Below are positions 10,763-21,366 of a stretch of DNA of 64,000 nucleotides, one piece after another (within the stretch, counting starts at the first letter, position 1; the number at the start of each line of letters is the position of its first letter). This DNA comes from Aulosira sp. ZfuVER01 (GTDB lineage: Bacteria; Cyanobacteriota; Cyanobacteriia; Cyanobacteriales; Nostocaceae). The notes beneath the pieces were generated by a model. It was not told the DNA's origin and did no database searches. It worked only from the letters and a program-made list of their open reading frames with translations. A program made the translations under genes and the position numbers. The stretch lies in assembly GCA_034530615.2 (NCBI GenBank), contig JAVRCV020000031.1, positions 1-64,000 of the forward strand, read 5' to 3'.

Positions 10763-11026
10763 GTGAGTGCTAAACGTCTGCCAGAAACCATCGCCCATGT
10801 CAAAATTACCCGCCAATCTTGGCAACACGGCTTCCTTGAAGGTGAAGTGAGTGCGGGTGAGTATGAGTGGCAGTTCCAATGGCATTTTCGCCGGGGAGAA
10901 CTGTCTGTGAAGCCTTCTCAAGGTCGCGCTTTAATCAAAGAACCTCTAGGTCGCTTCTTGGAGAAACAAGATTACCAGTTGGAACCAGGAAGCGATTATG
11001 CTTTCACTATCCGCGCTGAACTTTAA
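10763..11026 (+). CDS. DUF3146 family protein
   Basis: LPETIAHVKITRQSW...PSQGRALIKEPLGRFLEKQDYQLEPG. Confidence 0.85.
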   Translation: MSAKRLPETIAHVKITRQSWQHGFLEGEVSAGEYEWQFQWHFRRGELSVKPSQGRALIKEPLGRFLEKQDYQLEPGSDYAFTIRAEL

Positions 11027-11039
11027 GTTAAGCAGTTAT

Positions 11040-11486
11040 TTAACTGTTAACTGATTCAGCTAGACGATTTAGGTACCTTTCGATTAAAAGAATGGCAACA
11101 ATATCATCTATCGGTCGTGGGGGTTGTCGCATACCCTGTGGTAATAGCTTTGTGAATCCTTTGGGAGGGTACATTTGCCAATAGCGATCGCGTGCTTCTA
11201 AAGTTGTGTAGCGTTCATCAATTAAAACAATATTTAGCGGTTCTGCTAATTCTTGCCGTAGTCTTTGTTTCCACTGCTTGGCTGTAGTTTGGTCGCCCAT
11301 TACCATTAAGGATACAGGAAACTTCTGGCGCAGGGTTTCAATTGTCGCGATCGCTTCTTTTGCAACCACAACCTGGTGATAATGTAGTTGTCGATCTAGT
11401 CCAATCACGGCTAAACCACACTTATCTCTACCGGGATCAAAGCCTAAAATCACTGGTTGTGTCGGTGAGAATTCACGAAGATTCAT
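11040..11486 (-). CDS. YqgF/RuvX-like RNase H-fold nuclease
   Basis: LGFDPGRDKCG, DERYTTLEAR, DDIVAILL. Confidence 0.88.
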   Translation of the reverse strand: MNLREFSPTQPVILGFDPGRDKCGLAVIGLDRQLHYHQVVVAKEAIATIETLRQKFPVSLMVMGDQTTAKQWKQRLRQELAEPLNIVLIDERYTTLEARDRYWQMYPPKGFTKLLPQGMRQPPRPIDDIVAILLIERYLNRLAESVNS

Positions 11487-11596
11487 AAGTAATTCAAAAT
11501 TTAAAATTTCATTACAAGTCTTTTATCAAGCTTTTTGGTGAGTCCCTATTTGTTTAAATAGGCTGACATTACTATTTGGTTGTGTTGATTAATTGT

Positions 11597-13090
11597 TTAG
11601 GTGCTAAAAATAACTTGGCCGTTCACTATTGCCACTAGCTTTACTCTCAGTGGCCCAGCTGTAAAAGTGTCTTCAGCTGCGATCGCTTTAATTTCTAAAG
11701 GTTGATCGAATTGCCTCAGTTGGGACACAAAGCGCAAGAAAGTACCATCTATTTGTACATTTTCAATAATTCCGGCATTACGGGCGCGAAATTGGGAAGC
11801 AGAAATTAGTAAATCTAGCCGCTGTCTGAGCTGATAAGATGTCATAGTTTTGGGATCGGCGGTAGTAGTAGCTAGTACCTGTCCCCCAGAAAAAACTAGT
11901 TGGTTTTTTGCAGTATCGGTAAAGAATTCTATCTGCTTTTCGCCTCTCACATAATTCCCAGCAGAGAAAATTCGCATTACATATTCTCGACCATCATTAA
12001 TCTGCTTGATCAATTGCTCAATTCTATCCTGGCTAAAGTGCAGTATCTCTACATTATTTAGCGTATTTGTCCCAGGTTCAGCTAATTCGAGCAAAGCATT
12101 CTGATTAGCTTCCTTTAAGAGTTGCATTACTGCCTGACGCGCTGCGGTAGGTTGGTTAACCTGAATTACTGCCGCCGCCAAAACTTGACCCCGTACCAAA
12201 GCCAATTTACCTAAACGCAGGTCACGGTAAGATTGGTAATATTTTTCCAGCCTTGCTACTTCTTGCTCTAGATAGTTCTGTTGCTTTTCCAATTCTTTAA
12301 GACGAGATTCCCGCGTGGCAATCACTTGTTCGCGTGCTACAACTTCTCGATTGCGCTGTTGAATCATTTGATCCAACTGGGAAATTTTTTGATCTCGCTG
12401 TTCAATCGCTTCTTGGCGGTTGGCTAATTCGCGATCGCGGTTGGCAATAGCTGTTTTGGCTTCATCAATCGCTTTTTTCGCTTCGGCATACAGTCTTTGG
12501 CGTTCTATCTTACGTTGTTCAATTTCCGCCAACAGATTCTTTTTCTCGTCGTAAACGCTTTGCAGTTCAGCTATTGCTTTTTGATATTGCGCTACAACCT
12601 GTCCCAATTGACCTTGAGTGCGGTTTAATTGGGCTTGGGTTTGAGCTTGTTGAGTAACAGTACGGTTTAATTGAGCTTGTGTTGCCTGTTGTTTGGCATT
12701 CGCCGCTTGCAAAGACTTATTAATTGCTTGTAAGTCTTGTTGAGCTTGGGCTTGTTCTTTTCTTGCCTGGTTTAACTCAGTTTCTACCTGACTTTTCTGG
12801 GTTTCTGTGGTTTTTAACTGTTCGCGCTTATTTCGCAGATCCCTTTGAATATCTTCTAATTCAAAGACCCCTTTACGCAATCCTTCATCCGCAGCAAATA
12901 AAATTGCCAGAGTTGATGCTGAAATTAAAGTGCCAGTAAAAATAGTTACCAGTACTGCTGTATTTTTGGGACGTAACTTAAAGAGAGAGAGGCGCGCCTT
13001 GCCAACTCGTGTGCCGATGCGATCGCCCACGGTGGCAAGCAGGCCTCCCAGAATTAAAATTGCTGCAATGAGGATGTACCCGGTGGTCAT
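11597..13090 (-). CDS. DUF3084 coiled-coil membrane protein
   Basis: GDRIGTRVGKARLSLFKLRPKNTA N-terminus, long coiled coil; usual ntcA neighbour. Confidence 0.88.
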   Translation of the reverse strand: MTTGYILIAAILILGGLLATVGDRIGTRVGKARLSLFKLRPKNTAVLVTIFTGTLISASTLAILFAADEGLRKGVFELEDIQRDLRNKREQLKTTETQKSQVETELNQARKEQAQAQQDLQAINKSLQAANAKQQATQAQLNRTVTQQAQTQAQLNRTQGQLGQVVAQYQKAIAELQSVYDEKKNLLAEIEQRKIERQRLYAEAKKAIDEAKTAIANRDRELANRQEAIEQRDQKISQLDQMIQQRNREVVAREQVIATRESRLKELEKQQNYLEQEVARLEKYYQSYRDLRLGKLALVRGQVLAAAVIQVNQPTAARQAVMQLLKEANQNALLELAEPGTNTLNNVEILHFSQDRIEQLIKQINDGREYVMRIFSAGNYVRGEKQIEFFTDTAKNQLVFSGGQVLATTTADPKTMTSYQLRQRLDLLISASQFRARNAGIIENVQIDGTFLRFVSQLRQFDQPLEIKAIAAEDTFTAGPLRVKLVAIVNGQVIFST

Positions 13091-13258
13091 CTTCAGCTAC
13101 CGAAATGCTTCCAGATACAGCCTACTACTTTCAACCATTTTTTGTGGGGGATAAGAGAATGACAATAGCTAAACTTACTCAATTTGTAGATCTACCTCCA
13201 TTATGGGTGTCATCTTTAAAAAAACAACACCTGACACCTCTACTTCCCCCAATTGGGT

Positions 13259-13930
13259 TTAAGTAAATTGCCTACTTAAGGTAACAGGTTTATGCACAGT
13301 TATCTTTTTTTTGTGAATTGAAATCATCTTTTTCTCACGCAAATCTCCAAGTAACCTAGTGACGGTAACGCGAGTAGAACCAATTGCTTCTGCGATCGCC
13401 TGATGAGATAGCTTGAGATCAATTGTGATGCCATCAGCACAAGGAACACCAAAATCGCGACAGAGAATTAATAAAAAACTCACTAACCTTGATCCCATAT
13501 CTCGGTGTGCAAGAGTTTCAATCATCATCTCTGTTTGTAAAATTCGCGAAGACAGACCTCGCAGCATCAACATTGATAATTCTGGATTTTCCTTGAGTGC
13601 TTGCTCCACTTGTTCAATTGGAGCTGACAGTAATTCTACAGGGGTAAATGCAACTGCATGGTAAAACCTATCTGACTTGTTTCCTGTCAGCAATGACAAC
13701 ACACCAAAAACACTATTTTCCCGCAGCAGTGCTACCGTTATTTCTTCTCCTGCTTCATACACCCTGGAAAGCTTAACAGCGCCTTTTAAAAGAAAATAAA
13801 CTCGTTCAGCAGGATCGCCAGGAAAAAAGATCGTTTTATTGCGTTCAAACGTTTCTACAACCGGCGGAAACGCCCCGGTTGCCATTTGACGAAAAACATT
13901 TGCTAGGGCTTTATCTTGTGTCACGATCAT
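13259..13930 (-). CDS. ntcA: Global nitrogen regulator NtcA
   Basis: [15 protein letters not shown]...[28 protein letters not shown]-family HTH. Confidence 0.98.
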
Positions 13931-14018
13931 CTCCCTTCCCCTACCCAATGCCGGAAAAACAAAAACTGATTACCTAAGAATACACCCGAAAAATCAATAA
14001 AGCACCGTCAACCTTTCT

Positions 14019-14032
14019 GTACTTTCCTATAC
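14019..14032. promoter_or_regulatory. NtcA binding site (GTA-N8-TAC)
   Basis: GTACTTTCCTATAC upstream of ntcA. Confidence 0.85.
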
Positions 14033-14058
14033 TCAAAATCTCTGCTTCATAGTTATTT

Positions 14059-14072
14059 GTTTATTATGATAC
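14059..14072 (-). promoter_or_regulatory. Second NtcA binding site (GTA-N8-AAC)
   Basis: Minus strand GTATCATAATAAAC, exactly 40 bp from the first box. Confidence 0.75.
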
Positions 14073-14309
14073 ATAATTATTGATATTTTTAGCTAGTACT
14101 TCTTGAATAGGCACTCATAATGGCTGTCTTCACAAGGTTTTTTAAAGATAAAATCAAGATATCTTGAGAATTTCTTAAGGAAGAAACAGTAATTTTATTG
14201 CCATAAACTCTCTTACCAATAATCATTTTTACAAATCCTGTATAAAAGAAAGACAAACTAGCCTCAGATTCTAGTATGCTCCTAATGATTGTTTACACTA
14301 ACAATTTCT

Positions 14310-15086
14310 ATGCTGAATCTGACTGGAAAAAATGCCCTTGTTACAGGTATTGCAAATAACCGCTCCATCGCCTGGGGAATCGCTCAACAACTACACAAAG
14401 CTGGAGCTAACTTAGGTATTACCTATTTGCCAGATGAGCGAGGCAAGATGGAGAAGAAAGTTGCGGAATTGGTAGAACCTCTCAACCCCAGCTTATTCCT
14501 ACCATGTGATGTCCAAAACGACGAACAAATTCAGTCTACCTTTGAAACAATCCGCAGTAAGTGGGGAAAGATAGACATTCTCGTTCACTGTCTGGCATTT
14601 GCTAATAAAGACGATTTGAGTGGGGATTTTAGCCAAACATCACGCACTGGCTTCAATACGGCACTACAAATTAGTACTTACTCGCTGGTGCAGTTGAGTG
14701 GTGCAGCCAAACCTTTAATGACAGAAGGAGGAAGTATCCTCACCCTTTCATATTTAGGGAGCATTAGGGCAATTCCTAACTATAACATTATGGGAGTTGC
14801 CAAGGCAGGCTTGGAAGCAAGTGTACGTTACCTAGCTGCGGAATTAGGCCCACAAAATATTCGAGTAAATGCCATCTCCGCTGGCCCCATCCGCACTTTG
14901 GCATCTAGTGCTGTGGGAGGCATTTTGGATATGATTCATCATGTAGAGCAAGTAGCGCCCCTGCGACGTACAGTCACCCAACTAGAAGTAGGAAACACTG
15001 CCGCTTTCTTGTGTAGTGATTTGTCCAGTGGAATTACAGGACAAGTCCTATATGTCGATGCAGGATATGAAATTATGGGAATGTAA
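14310..15086 (+). CDS. fabI: Enoyl-ACP reductase
   Basis: GIANNRSIAWGIA, YNIMGVAKAGLE, AGPIRTLAS. Confidence 0.96.
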   Translation: MLNLTGKNALVTGIANNRSIAWGIAQQLHKAGANLGITYLPDERGKMEKKVAELVEPLNPSLFLPCDVQNDEQIQSTFETIRSKWGKIDILVHCLAFANKDDLSGDFSQTSRTGFNTALQISTYSLVQLSGAAKPLMTEGGSILTLSYLGSIRAIPNYNIMGVAKAGLEASVRYLAAELGPQNIRVNAISAGPIRTLASSAVGGILDMIHHVEQVAPLRRTVTQLEVGNTAAFLCSDLSSGITGQVLYVDAGYEIMGM

Positions 15087-15089
15087 AGT

Positions 15090-15180
15090 CATTGGGCATG
15101 GGGCATTGGGTATTGGGCATTGAACAATAGTAATTTTTCCTTGTCCCCTTGTCTCCTTGTCCCCTCATCCCCCTCATCAA
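15090..15180. repeat. STRR-like 7-mer (CATTGGG) and 9-mer (TCCCCTTGT/TCCCCTCAT) tandem repeats
   Basis: cattggg catgggg cattggg tattggg; tccttgtccccttgtctccttgtcccctcatccccctcatc. Confidence 0.85.
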
Positions 15181-15182
15181 CT

Positions 15183-15812
15183 ATGCAAATCACTGACCGT
15201 CAAATTAACATCCCCCAATACAGTCCTCGGATTGCTTCTGTTCATCGTACTACTGGTGAAACTGATGTCCAAGTCACTATCAACCTCGATGGTACAGGAA
15301 TTTGTCAGGTAGCCACTGGCATTCCATTTTTGGATCATATGCTGCATCAAATCGCCTCCCACGGGTTGATTGACTTGGAAGTGCAAGCAAAAGGCGACTG
15401 GGAAATTGACGACCACCACACTAACGAAGATGTGGGCATTACCCTAGGACAAGCTTTGAGTAAAGCGCTAGGTGATAGAAAAGGCATTATCCGCTTTGGT
15501 AATTTCCTGGCACCACTTGATGAAGCATTAGTTCAGGTAGCACTGGACTTCTCCGGGCGACCTCACCTCAGCTATGGCTTAGAGATTCCTACTCAGCGAG
15601 TGGGAACCTATGATACCCAATTGGTAAGAGAATTTTTTGTAGCTTTGGTAAATCACAGCCAAATGACACTGCATATTCGTCAGCTAGATGGCATTAATTC
15701 CCATCACATTATTGAGGCAACATTTAAGGCTTTTGCTAGGGCCACACGGATAGCGCTGGAAATAGACCCCCGTCGTGCTGGCGTGATTCCCAGTTCTAAG
15801 GGAGTTTTGTGA
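15183..15812 (+). CDS. hisB: Imidazoleglycerol-phosphate dehydratase
   Basis: [45 protein letters not shown]. Confidence 0.97.
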   Translation: MQITDRQINIPQYSPRIASVHRTTGETDVQVTINLDGTGICQVATGIPFLDHMLHQIASHGLIDLEVQAKGDWEIDDHHTNEDVGITLGQALSKALGDRKGIIRFGNFLAPLDEALVQVALDFSGRPHLSYGLEIPTQRVGTYDTQLVREFFVALVNHSQMTLHIRQLDGINSHHIIEATFKAFARATRIALEIDPRRAGVIPSSKGVL

Positions 15813-15814
15813 AG

Positions 15815-15930
15815 AAGAGATGCGGGGAGGGAGCAGGGGGACTAGGGACAAGGAAGCAGGGGAGCAGGGAGCAGGGAGCAGGGGAGAAATCACTAATGAC
15901 TCTTGCTCAATGCCCCATGCCCCATGCCCT
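15815..15930. repeat. STRR-like tandem repeats (GCAGGGA, TGCCCCA)
   Basis: gcagggg agcaggga gcagggagca gggg; tgccccatgccccatgccc. Confidence 0.85.
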
Positions 15931-16016
15931 ATTTTCAGCCCAGTGTTAGTTATTGGTAGTCAATGGGTAATCTTTAATTGATACCAAGTTACTGCCTTAA
16001 GGTGCATGGAACCGAG

Positions 16017-17003
16017 ATGAAGTCTGTTGCAGACGCTCCTGATTCTCAACTAAATACTCCCGATACTCCGCCAGTAGTATTGACTTCTGAGTTGCGAAAA
16101 GTTTACCGTACTGGCTTTTGGATGCATCAAAAAGTTCTATCGCTCAAAAGTTGCTCTTTAACGGTTTACCAAGGAGAAACTTTTGGGCTATTAGGACCTA
16201 ATGGTGCGGGTAAGACCACTCTGTTAAAACTATTGCTAGGGATTATCCGTCCTACCTCTGGACGTGGATTATTGCTGGGTAAACCATTAGGCGATCGCAG
16301 TGTTAAGCAGTACATTGGTTATTTGCCAGAAAATCCTTATTTATATGACTATCTCACTGGCTGGGAATTCTTGCAGCTAGCAGCCGGAATATTTCAAATT
16401 CCCTACAGCGTACAACGCCAACGCATTCCCCAACTGTTGGAATTAGTCGGTTTACCCCAAGCTGATGCCCGTAAAAAACAAATGCGTCGCTACTCTAAGG
16501 GAATGTTACAGCGTGTTGGCATGGCACAGGCACTAATTAACGATCCAGAGTTGATCTTTTTAGATGAACCCATGTCTGGCCTCGATCCTGTGGGACGCTA
16601 TCAAATGCGGGAAATTATCCTCAAACTCAAAGCCGCAGGTAAAACAATTTTTTTCAACAGCCATATCCTGAGCGAAGTGGAACAACTTTGCGATCGCGTT
16701 GCGATTCTCGCTCAAGGTGAATTAATTTGCACTGGTTCCTTTCAAGAACTTTTAGGAAGCTCCAGTACATATCACATCAAAGGTTTAGGTGCAGATGAAG
16801 AATTTCTCCAACAATGGATGCCTACTGTAGCATTTAAACCTGATGGTTCTTGGCAAGGTACACTACAACAAGATAATTACTATGATTTTCTCGCAAGTCT
16901 CCGCCTCATAGGAGGACAAGTCATGGCTATGAATTTGTCTCGTACCTCGTTAGAAGAGTTTTTTATCCAAAAGATCCAACAAAAAAATCATTCTGTTAAA
17001 TAA
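16017..17003 (+). CDS. ABC transporter ATP-binding protein (ABC-2 type)
   Basis: GPNGAGKTT, YSKGMLQR, LDEP; no permease adjacent. Confidence 0.93.
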   Translation: MKSVADAPDSQLNTPDTPPVVLTSELRKVYRTGFWMHQKVLSLKSCSLTVYQGETFGLLGPNGAGKTTLLKLLLGIIRPTSGRGLLLGKPLGDRSVKQYIGYLPENPYLYDYLTGWEFLQLAAGIFQIPYSVQRQRIPQLLELVGLPQADARKKQMRRYSKGMLQRVGMAQALINDPELIFLDEPMSGLDPVGRYQMREIILKLKAAGKTIFFNSHILSEVEQLCDRVAILAQGELICTGSFQELLGSSSTYHIKGLGADEEFLQQWMPTVAFKPDGSWQGTLQQDNYYDFLASLRLIGGQVMAMNLSRTSLEEFFIQKIQQKNHSVK

Positions 17004-17048
17004 GAGAGTTAGCTCAAACTGTACGGCTGATATCGATCAGCTATCTCA

Positions 17049-17141
17049 TACCATTTTGGATATTAGATTTTGGATTGAGGCTTGCTTTTAGTATCTAGGT
17101 TCTATCAATCTCTGTGTCGCATTCTTTTTTTTAATTAGTAT
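17049..17141. mobile_element. Degenerate MITE of the ATACCAATT...AATTGGTAT family
   Basis: ATACCATTTT...TTTTAATTAGTAT; relatives at 20991 and 44906. Confidence 0.45.
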
Positions 17142-17707
17142 CTAAATATTTCCCATAAACCCAAGAAAAATTTTTAGAATTTTGCATTTTGTATAAATGC
17201 ACTAGTACAAGGCTGCGGAAATAAACTACACATTCCAAATCCATGAAACCCTTACTTTGAATACCTGTTTGAATTTGGAATTTTGAATTCACGGTGGTAC
17301 TATTTTTTTGTGGCGAAATTGCTCTTAATTCTCAAAAAGTTTTTACTTTTAGGTTGCTATAAATACGTAGCAAGTAGGTAAGGGATCGGAGAATGAAGGG
17401 AAATTATGGGAGCGATCGCTAATAGAGTCTGCAAAAGTTTAATCTAGACTAAAGATTACTTTGCACCCTAAGCAAGAATGCAAGTAGATTCATATACATA
17501 TTTTTTACAAAAACTTTGCATTCAAGTTACTGAGGCTTTAAACTAGCTTTACTGAAAGTTTAAACTCAATCAATAAATACTCCTCCGGAAGGTCAAGTTT
17601 TTCTAAGAAAATAAGAATGTCGGGGGAACTTGAATATTTAAGTATAGTCACGATTAAAATGTTTAGACAGTACTTTAGCAATTGTAGTTTCAGAGTATCG
17701 GGTAAAT

Positions 17708-19207
17708 ATGCTTAATACAGGTTTGCTGAAAATCCTCATCCAATCAAGTCTGGGTGTGGTCTTATTAACGGCTGTCAATGTCGCTGCGCCATCTGCCAGC
17801 CAAGCTCAGCGACAACCAGTATCACCTGGTAGAAGACCAGTATTACCTACTACTCAGTTAACAACACCTACCCCTACTACACCACCAGTATCGTCTACTA
17901 TAGATACAAATTATACATTGGGCGGTGGCGACCTTATACGTGTAAACGTATTTGAAGTACCAGAATATACTGGCGAATACCAAATTCCTCCTGGTGGCTC
18001 GATAAACTTACCTTTAATTGGTAGTGTCTCAGTTTTAGGGCTAACTACCGAACAGGCTGCTGACGACATTGCTCAAAGATACGCCCGTTTTCTGAAACGC
18101 CCTTTAATTTCAGTTAACCTTTTATCACCTCGTCCAATAAATATTTTTGTGGCGGGGGAAGTGACACGCCCAGGAGCTTACACTCTCAGCTTACAGGGAG
18201 GAGCCGGAAACAATCCCGGCGTACAATACCCTACTGTGTTAGCCGCACTTACCACAGCTCAAGGCGTAACATTGGCAGCAGATGTAACTCAAGTTCAATT
18301 ACGTCGGAAGCTAGGACGCTCTGGCGAACAAACAGTTTCACTCAATTTGAAGGAACTCATCCAAACCGGCAGAATAGGACCAGATATTACCTTAAGGGAT
18401 GGAGATACTATTGTTGTACCCACAGCAACTGCCTTCAACGTAGCAGAAGCACGCAATTTGTTTGCAGCTAACTTTGCTGCTGACCCCAGCAGACCGCGCA
18501 CAGTAGCAATTATTGGCGAAGTTAACCGTCCTGGATCTTATCTGGTGACAACAGGTGCCACACAAGGGGAACAAGGCGGAGCTACGGGCACTGGTTTACC
18601 AACATTAACGCGGGCTATTCAACTAGCTGGAGGAATTACACCACAAGCCGATATTCGTGGTCTCAAGCTACGCCGACCCACAAGAATTGGTACAGAACAA
18701 ACTATAGATGTAAATCTCTGGCAATTATTGCAGAGTGGGGATGTGAATCAAGATGTGATCGTCCAAGATGGAGACACAATTGTTGTTCCCACAGCCACTG
18801 AGATTAACCCCGCAGAAGCTACTCAATTAGCTACGACTACCTTATCGCCTACAAGCATTCAAGTTGGGGTGGTAGGCGAAGTTAAAAGACCTGGAACTGT
18901 AGAAATTAAGCCGAATAGTTCTTTAAATCAAGCATTGCTGGCTGCTGGCGGATTTAACGATGCTAGAGCTAAAAGCGGTGCTGTGGATTTGATTCGTCTT
19001 AACCCCAATGGTTCTGTGACTAAACGTGTAGTACAAGTAGATTTTTCCCAAGGAATCAATGAGAAAACCAATCCTATACTCCGCAACAATGATGTAGTGC
19101 TAGTCAGCCGGAATGGCACAGCTAGAACTGGTGATACACTGGGTGCATTGTTCGGTCCTATAGGTGGTGTCTTGAGTATTATCAGAACTTTATTTACCGG
19201 ATTCTAG
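17708..19207 (+). CDS. Polysaccharide export protein (Wza-like, SLBB repeats)
   Basis: YTLGGGDLIRVNVF, LPLIGSV, repeated GEVxRPG and LxDGDTIVVP motifs; signal peptide. Confidence 0.92.
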   Translation: MLNTGLLKILIQSSLGVVLLTAVNVAAPSASQAQRQPVSPGRRPVLPTTQLTTPTPTTPPVSSTIDTNYTLGGGDLIRVNVFEVPEYTGEYQIPPGGSINLPLIGSVSVLGLTTEQAADDIAQRYARFLKRPLISVNLLSPRPINIFVAGEVTRPGAYTLSLQGGAGNNPGVQYPTVLAALTTAQGVTLAADVTQVQLRRKLGRSGEQTVSLNLKELIQTGRIGPDITLRDGDTIVVPTATAFNVAEARNLFAANFAADPSRPRTVAIIGEVNRPGSYLVTTGATQGEQGGATGTGLPTLTRAIQLAGGITPQADIRGLKLRRPTRIGTEQTIDVNLWQLLQSGDVNQDVIVQDGDTIVVPTATEINPAEATQLATTTLSPTSIQVGVVGEVKRPGTVEIKPNSSLNQALLAAGGFNDARAKSGAVDLIRLNPNGSVTKRVVQVDFSQGINEKTNPILRNNDVVLVSRNGTARTGDTLGALFGPIGGVLSIIRTLFTGF

Positions 19208-19320
19208 ATACAAGTAGAAACTGGGGGCAGTGTTTAAGTATTTTTGTCCCCAGACTGCAACAAAAGCGAATCTTGACCAGTCAAAGTTATGCGTTATGAA
19301 CTATTAGTAACTAATAACTA

Positions 19321-20973
19321 ATGGCTAATATGCATTTTCAGCTTGGCAGACAGCGGCGTAAAATGTTTTGGGTGCAAGGGTTGCTGTGTAGCATGACTGT
19401 TGCTCTGAGTTCGGCTGTAGGGATGTCCTCTACTTTAGCCGCCCAGAAGGTTACTATTCGCTTAGGGCCATTTCAGCAATCAATAGCGATCGCTGATTTA
19501 GAAACATTTGCCAAAACAGGAAAACTGCCAGAACATCTGCAAATTTATAGCACTCTATTGACCCCCCAAGTCAGAGGATTGCTCAATCGGCGTTTGGAAG
19601 TAGATCCAGAAGTTGCAGACAAATTCTTCGATGATTTGGTGCGATCGCCACAAGGTCAACAATTAATTTCATCCCTAGGATCTGCCATACCAGGTAGTAC
19701 GATAGAAGGCGTACAAACAGCACTCAACCTCTCTCTACGTCAAGTTAACGGTTTGAGTGCTATTGGATTTTTGCGAGCTTACCCAGAAGAGAATGTTACT
19801 GTAGATGCAACTAAAGCCCTGGAAATCGCTATAGAATTTAACGCTAACTACCTACAAAGCCAAGCCTTGGGAGCTTTACTCGAACGAGATCTTTTCGTAA
19901 AAAACACTACAAGCTTTCAACCGAGCTTCGATCCGGCGGCTATAGGTAAAGAAGTAGTACAGCAGCAAACCCTAACTCTACAAGACCAAAAACGTAAAAG
20001 AATTATTCCTGTAGATATTTATTGGAGTAAGAATCAGTCGCAAGCACCAATGGTTGTGCTTTCTCACGGCTTTGGTGCCAACCGCAGATTTTTCGGCTAT
20101 TTAGCGCGTCATTTAGCTTCTCACGGCATCACTGTTGCAGCGATTGAACATCCAGATAGTCAATTGAATTCTGTTAATAAAGGCTCACAACCAGACAATT
20201 TAGCCCAACTGCTACCTGCTACTGAATTTATTGAACGACCAAAAGATATTAGTTTCTTACTCAACGAACTAGGAAAGCTCAACAATCAACCCGGACAACT
20301 GCAAGGAAAATTTAACACCGAAAATGTCACTGTCATCGGTCACTCTTTAGGAGGTTATACTGCCTTGGCGTTGTTAGGGGGAGAATTAGATTTAGCCCAA
20401 TTGCGGCAATACTGTAAAAATTCTCTTTCTTTAAACGAATCTCCTGGGGATTGGTTGCAGTGTGCAGCAGCGCCTTTAAAAGAGCAAACACTCCAGTTAA
20501 AAGATGAGCGAGTTAAAAGTGCGATCGCCTTTAACCCTTTAATCGGCCAACTCTTTGGCAACAAAGGTCTATCTCAAGTTACTAAGCCTGTATTATTTTT
20601 AACTGGAACCGAAGATGTCCTAACCCCAGCATTAAAGCATCAAATAGCACCTTTCGCCCAATTGCGTGGTTCCAAATATTTATTAACTGCTATTGGTGGT
20701 ACTCACTTAAGTATTAGCGATCCTGCTTATAGTGTTAGTACAATCACTACTCTGGTGAAAGAAAAGCGAGGCCCAGAAACCAATTCTCTACGCCAGTTGA
20801 TTCGTGGTACTACCTTAGCTTTTGTGAAACAGTCAACCCCAGAAGCCAAAATTTACCAACCGTTTCTGACACCAGCTTACGCTCAATCTCTTTCTACCAC
20901 TCAATTACCCTTACGTCTTAATTCTGATTTGCCAGGAAGTATCAAAACTTGGCTGAGTTTTGGGGTAAATTAA
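19321..20973 (+). CDS. DUF1400 + alpha/beta hydrolase
   Basis: SHGFG, GHSLGG nucleophile elbow, GGTHLS; exact start uncertain. Confidence 0.9.
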   Translation: MANMHFQLGRQRRKMFWVQGLLCSMTVALSSAVGMSSTLAAQKVTIRLGPFQQSIAIADLETFAKTGKLPEHLQIYSTLLTPQVRGLLNRRLEVDPEVADKFFDDLVRSPQGQQLISSLGSAIPGSTIEGVQTALNLSLRQVNGLSAIGFLRAYPEENVTVDATKALEIAIEFNANYLQSQALGALLERDLFVKNTTSFQPSFDPAAIGKEVVQQQTLTLQDQKRKRIIPVDIYWSKNQSQAPMVVLSHGFGANRRFFGYLARHLASHGITVAAIEHPDSQLNSVNKGSQPDNLAQLLPATEFIERPKDISFLLNELGKLNNQPGQLQGKFNTENVTVIGHSLGGYTALALLGGELDLAQLRQYCKNSLSLNESPGDWLQCAAAPLKEQTLQLKDERVKSAIAFNPLIGQLFGNKGLSQVTKPVLFLTGTEDVLTPALKHQIAPFAQLRGSKYLLTAIGGTHLSISDPAYSVSTITTLVKEKRGPETNSLRQLIRGTTLAFVKQSTPEAKIYQPFLTPAYAQSLSTTQLPLRLNSDLPGSIKTWLSFGVN

Positions 20974-20990
20974 AAAATAAGTATAAATTA

Positions 20991-21083
20991 ATACCTATTG
21001 ACTTGAATATACTATTTGTAGGGGCGGTCTTTTCCCAGCCTTTACGACAATCCATAAGACGCAATCATTGATGAAATTGGTAT
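20991..21083. mobile_element. MITE (ATACCTATT...AATTGGTAT) carrying a GTAGGGGCG REP-like remnant
   Basis: Terminal inverted 9-mers; internal GTAGGGGCGGTCTTTTCCCAGCCTTTAC. Confidence 0.55.
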
Positions 21084-21366
21084 GAAATCTGCGATCGCTA
21101 AGACAGTACCAAGAAAGTATCAGGTATAGCCTAAAACTATTGTGATTACGAAGTTATACCTTGCCACTATGTAATCTAGATGCTTTAATAGCGATTGCAT
21201 TCAGCCAAACTTTTTTAACTGCACAATGCGAGCTGCGACTTACAAGCGGCTATTGCTGCTGGTGTTCGGAAAACTACAGACTCAAAACATTAGACTTAGA
21301 GTTAGGACAAGATAGTACCATTTCCTTTAAACTAAAATTTCTCCAACAGCTAAATTAGGAGCAGAT

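Noticed and set aside
15120..15182. N-terminal extension of HisB
   Set aside because: Encoded by STRR repeats; ATG 15183 fits better.
21161..21358. 65-aa ORF as a possible nfeD
   Set aside because: No TM/OB-fold pattern recognisable.
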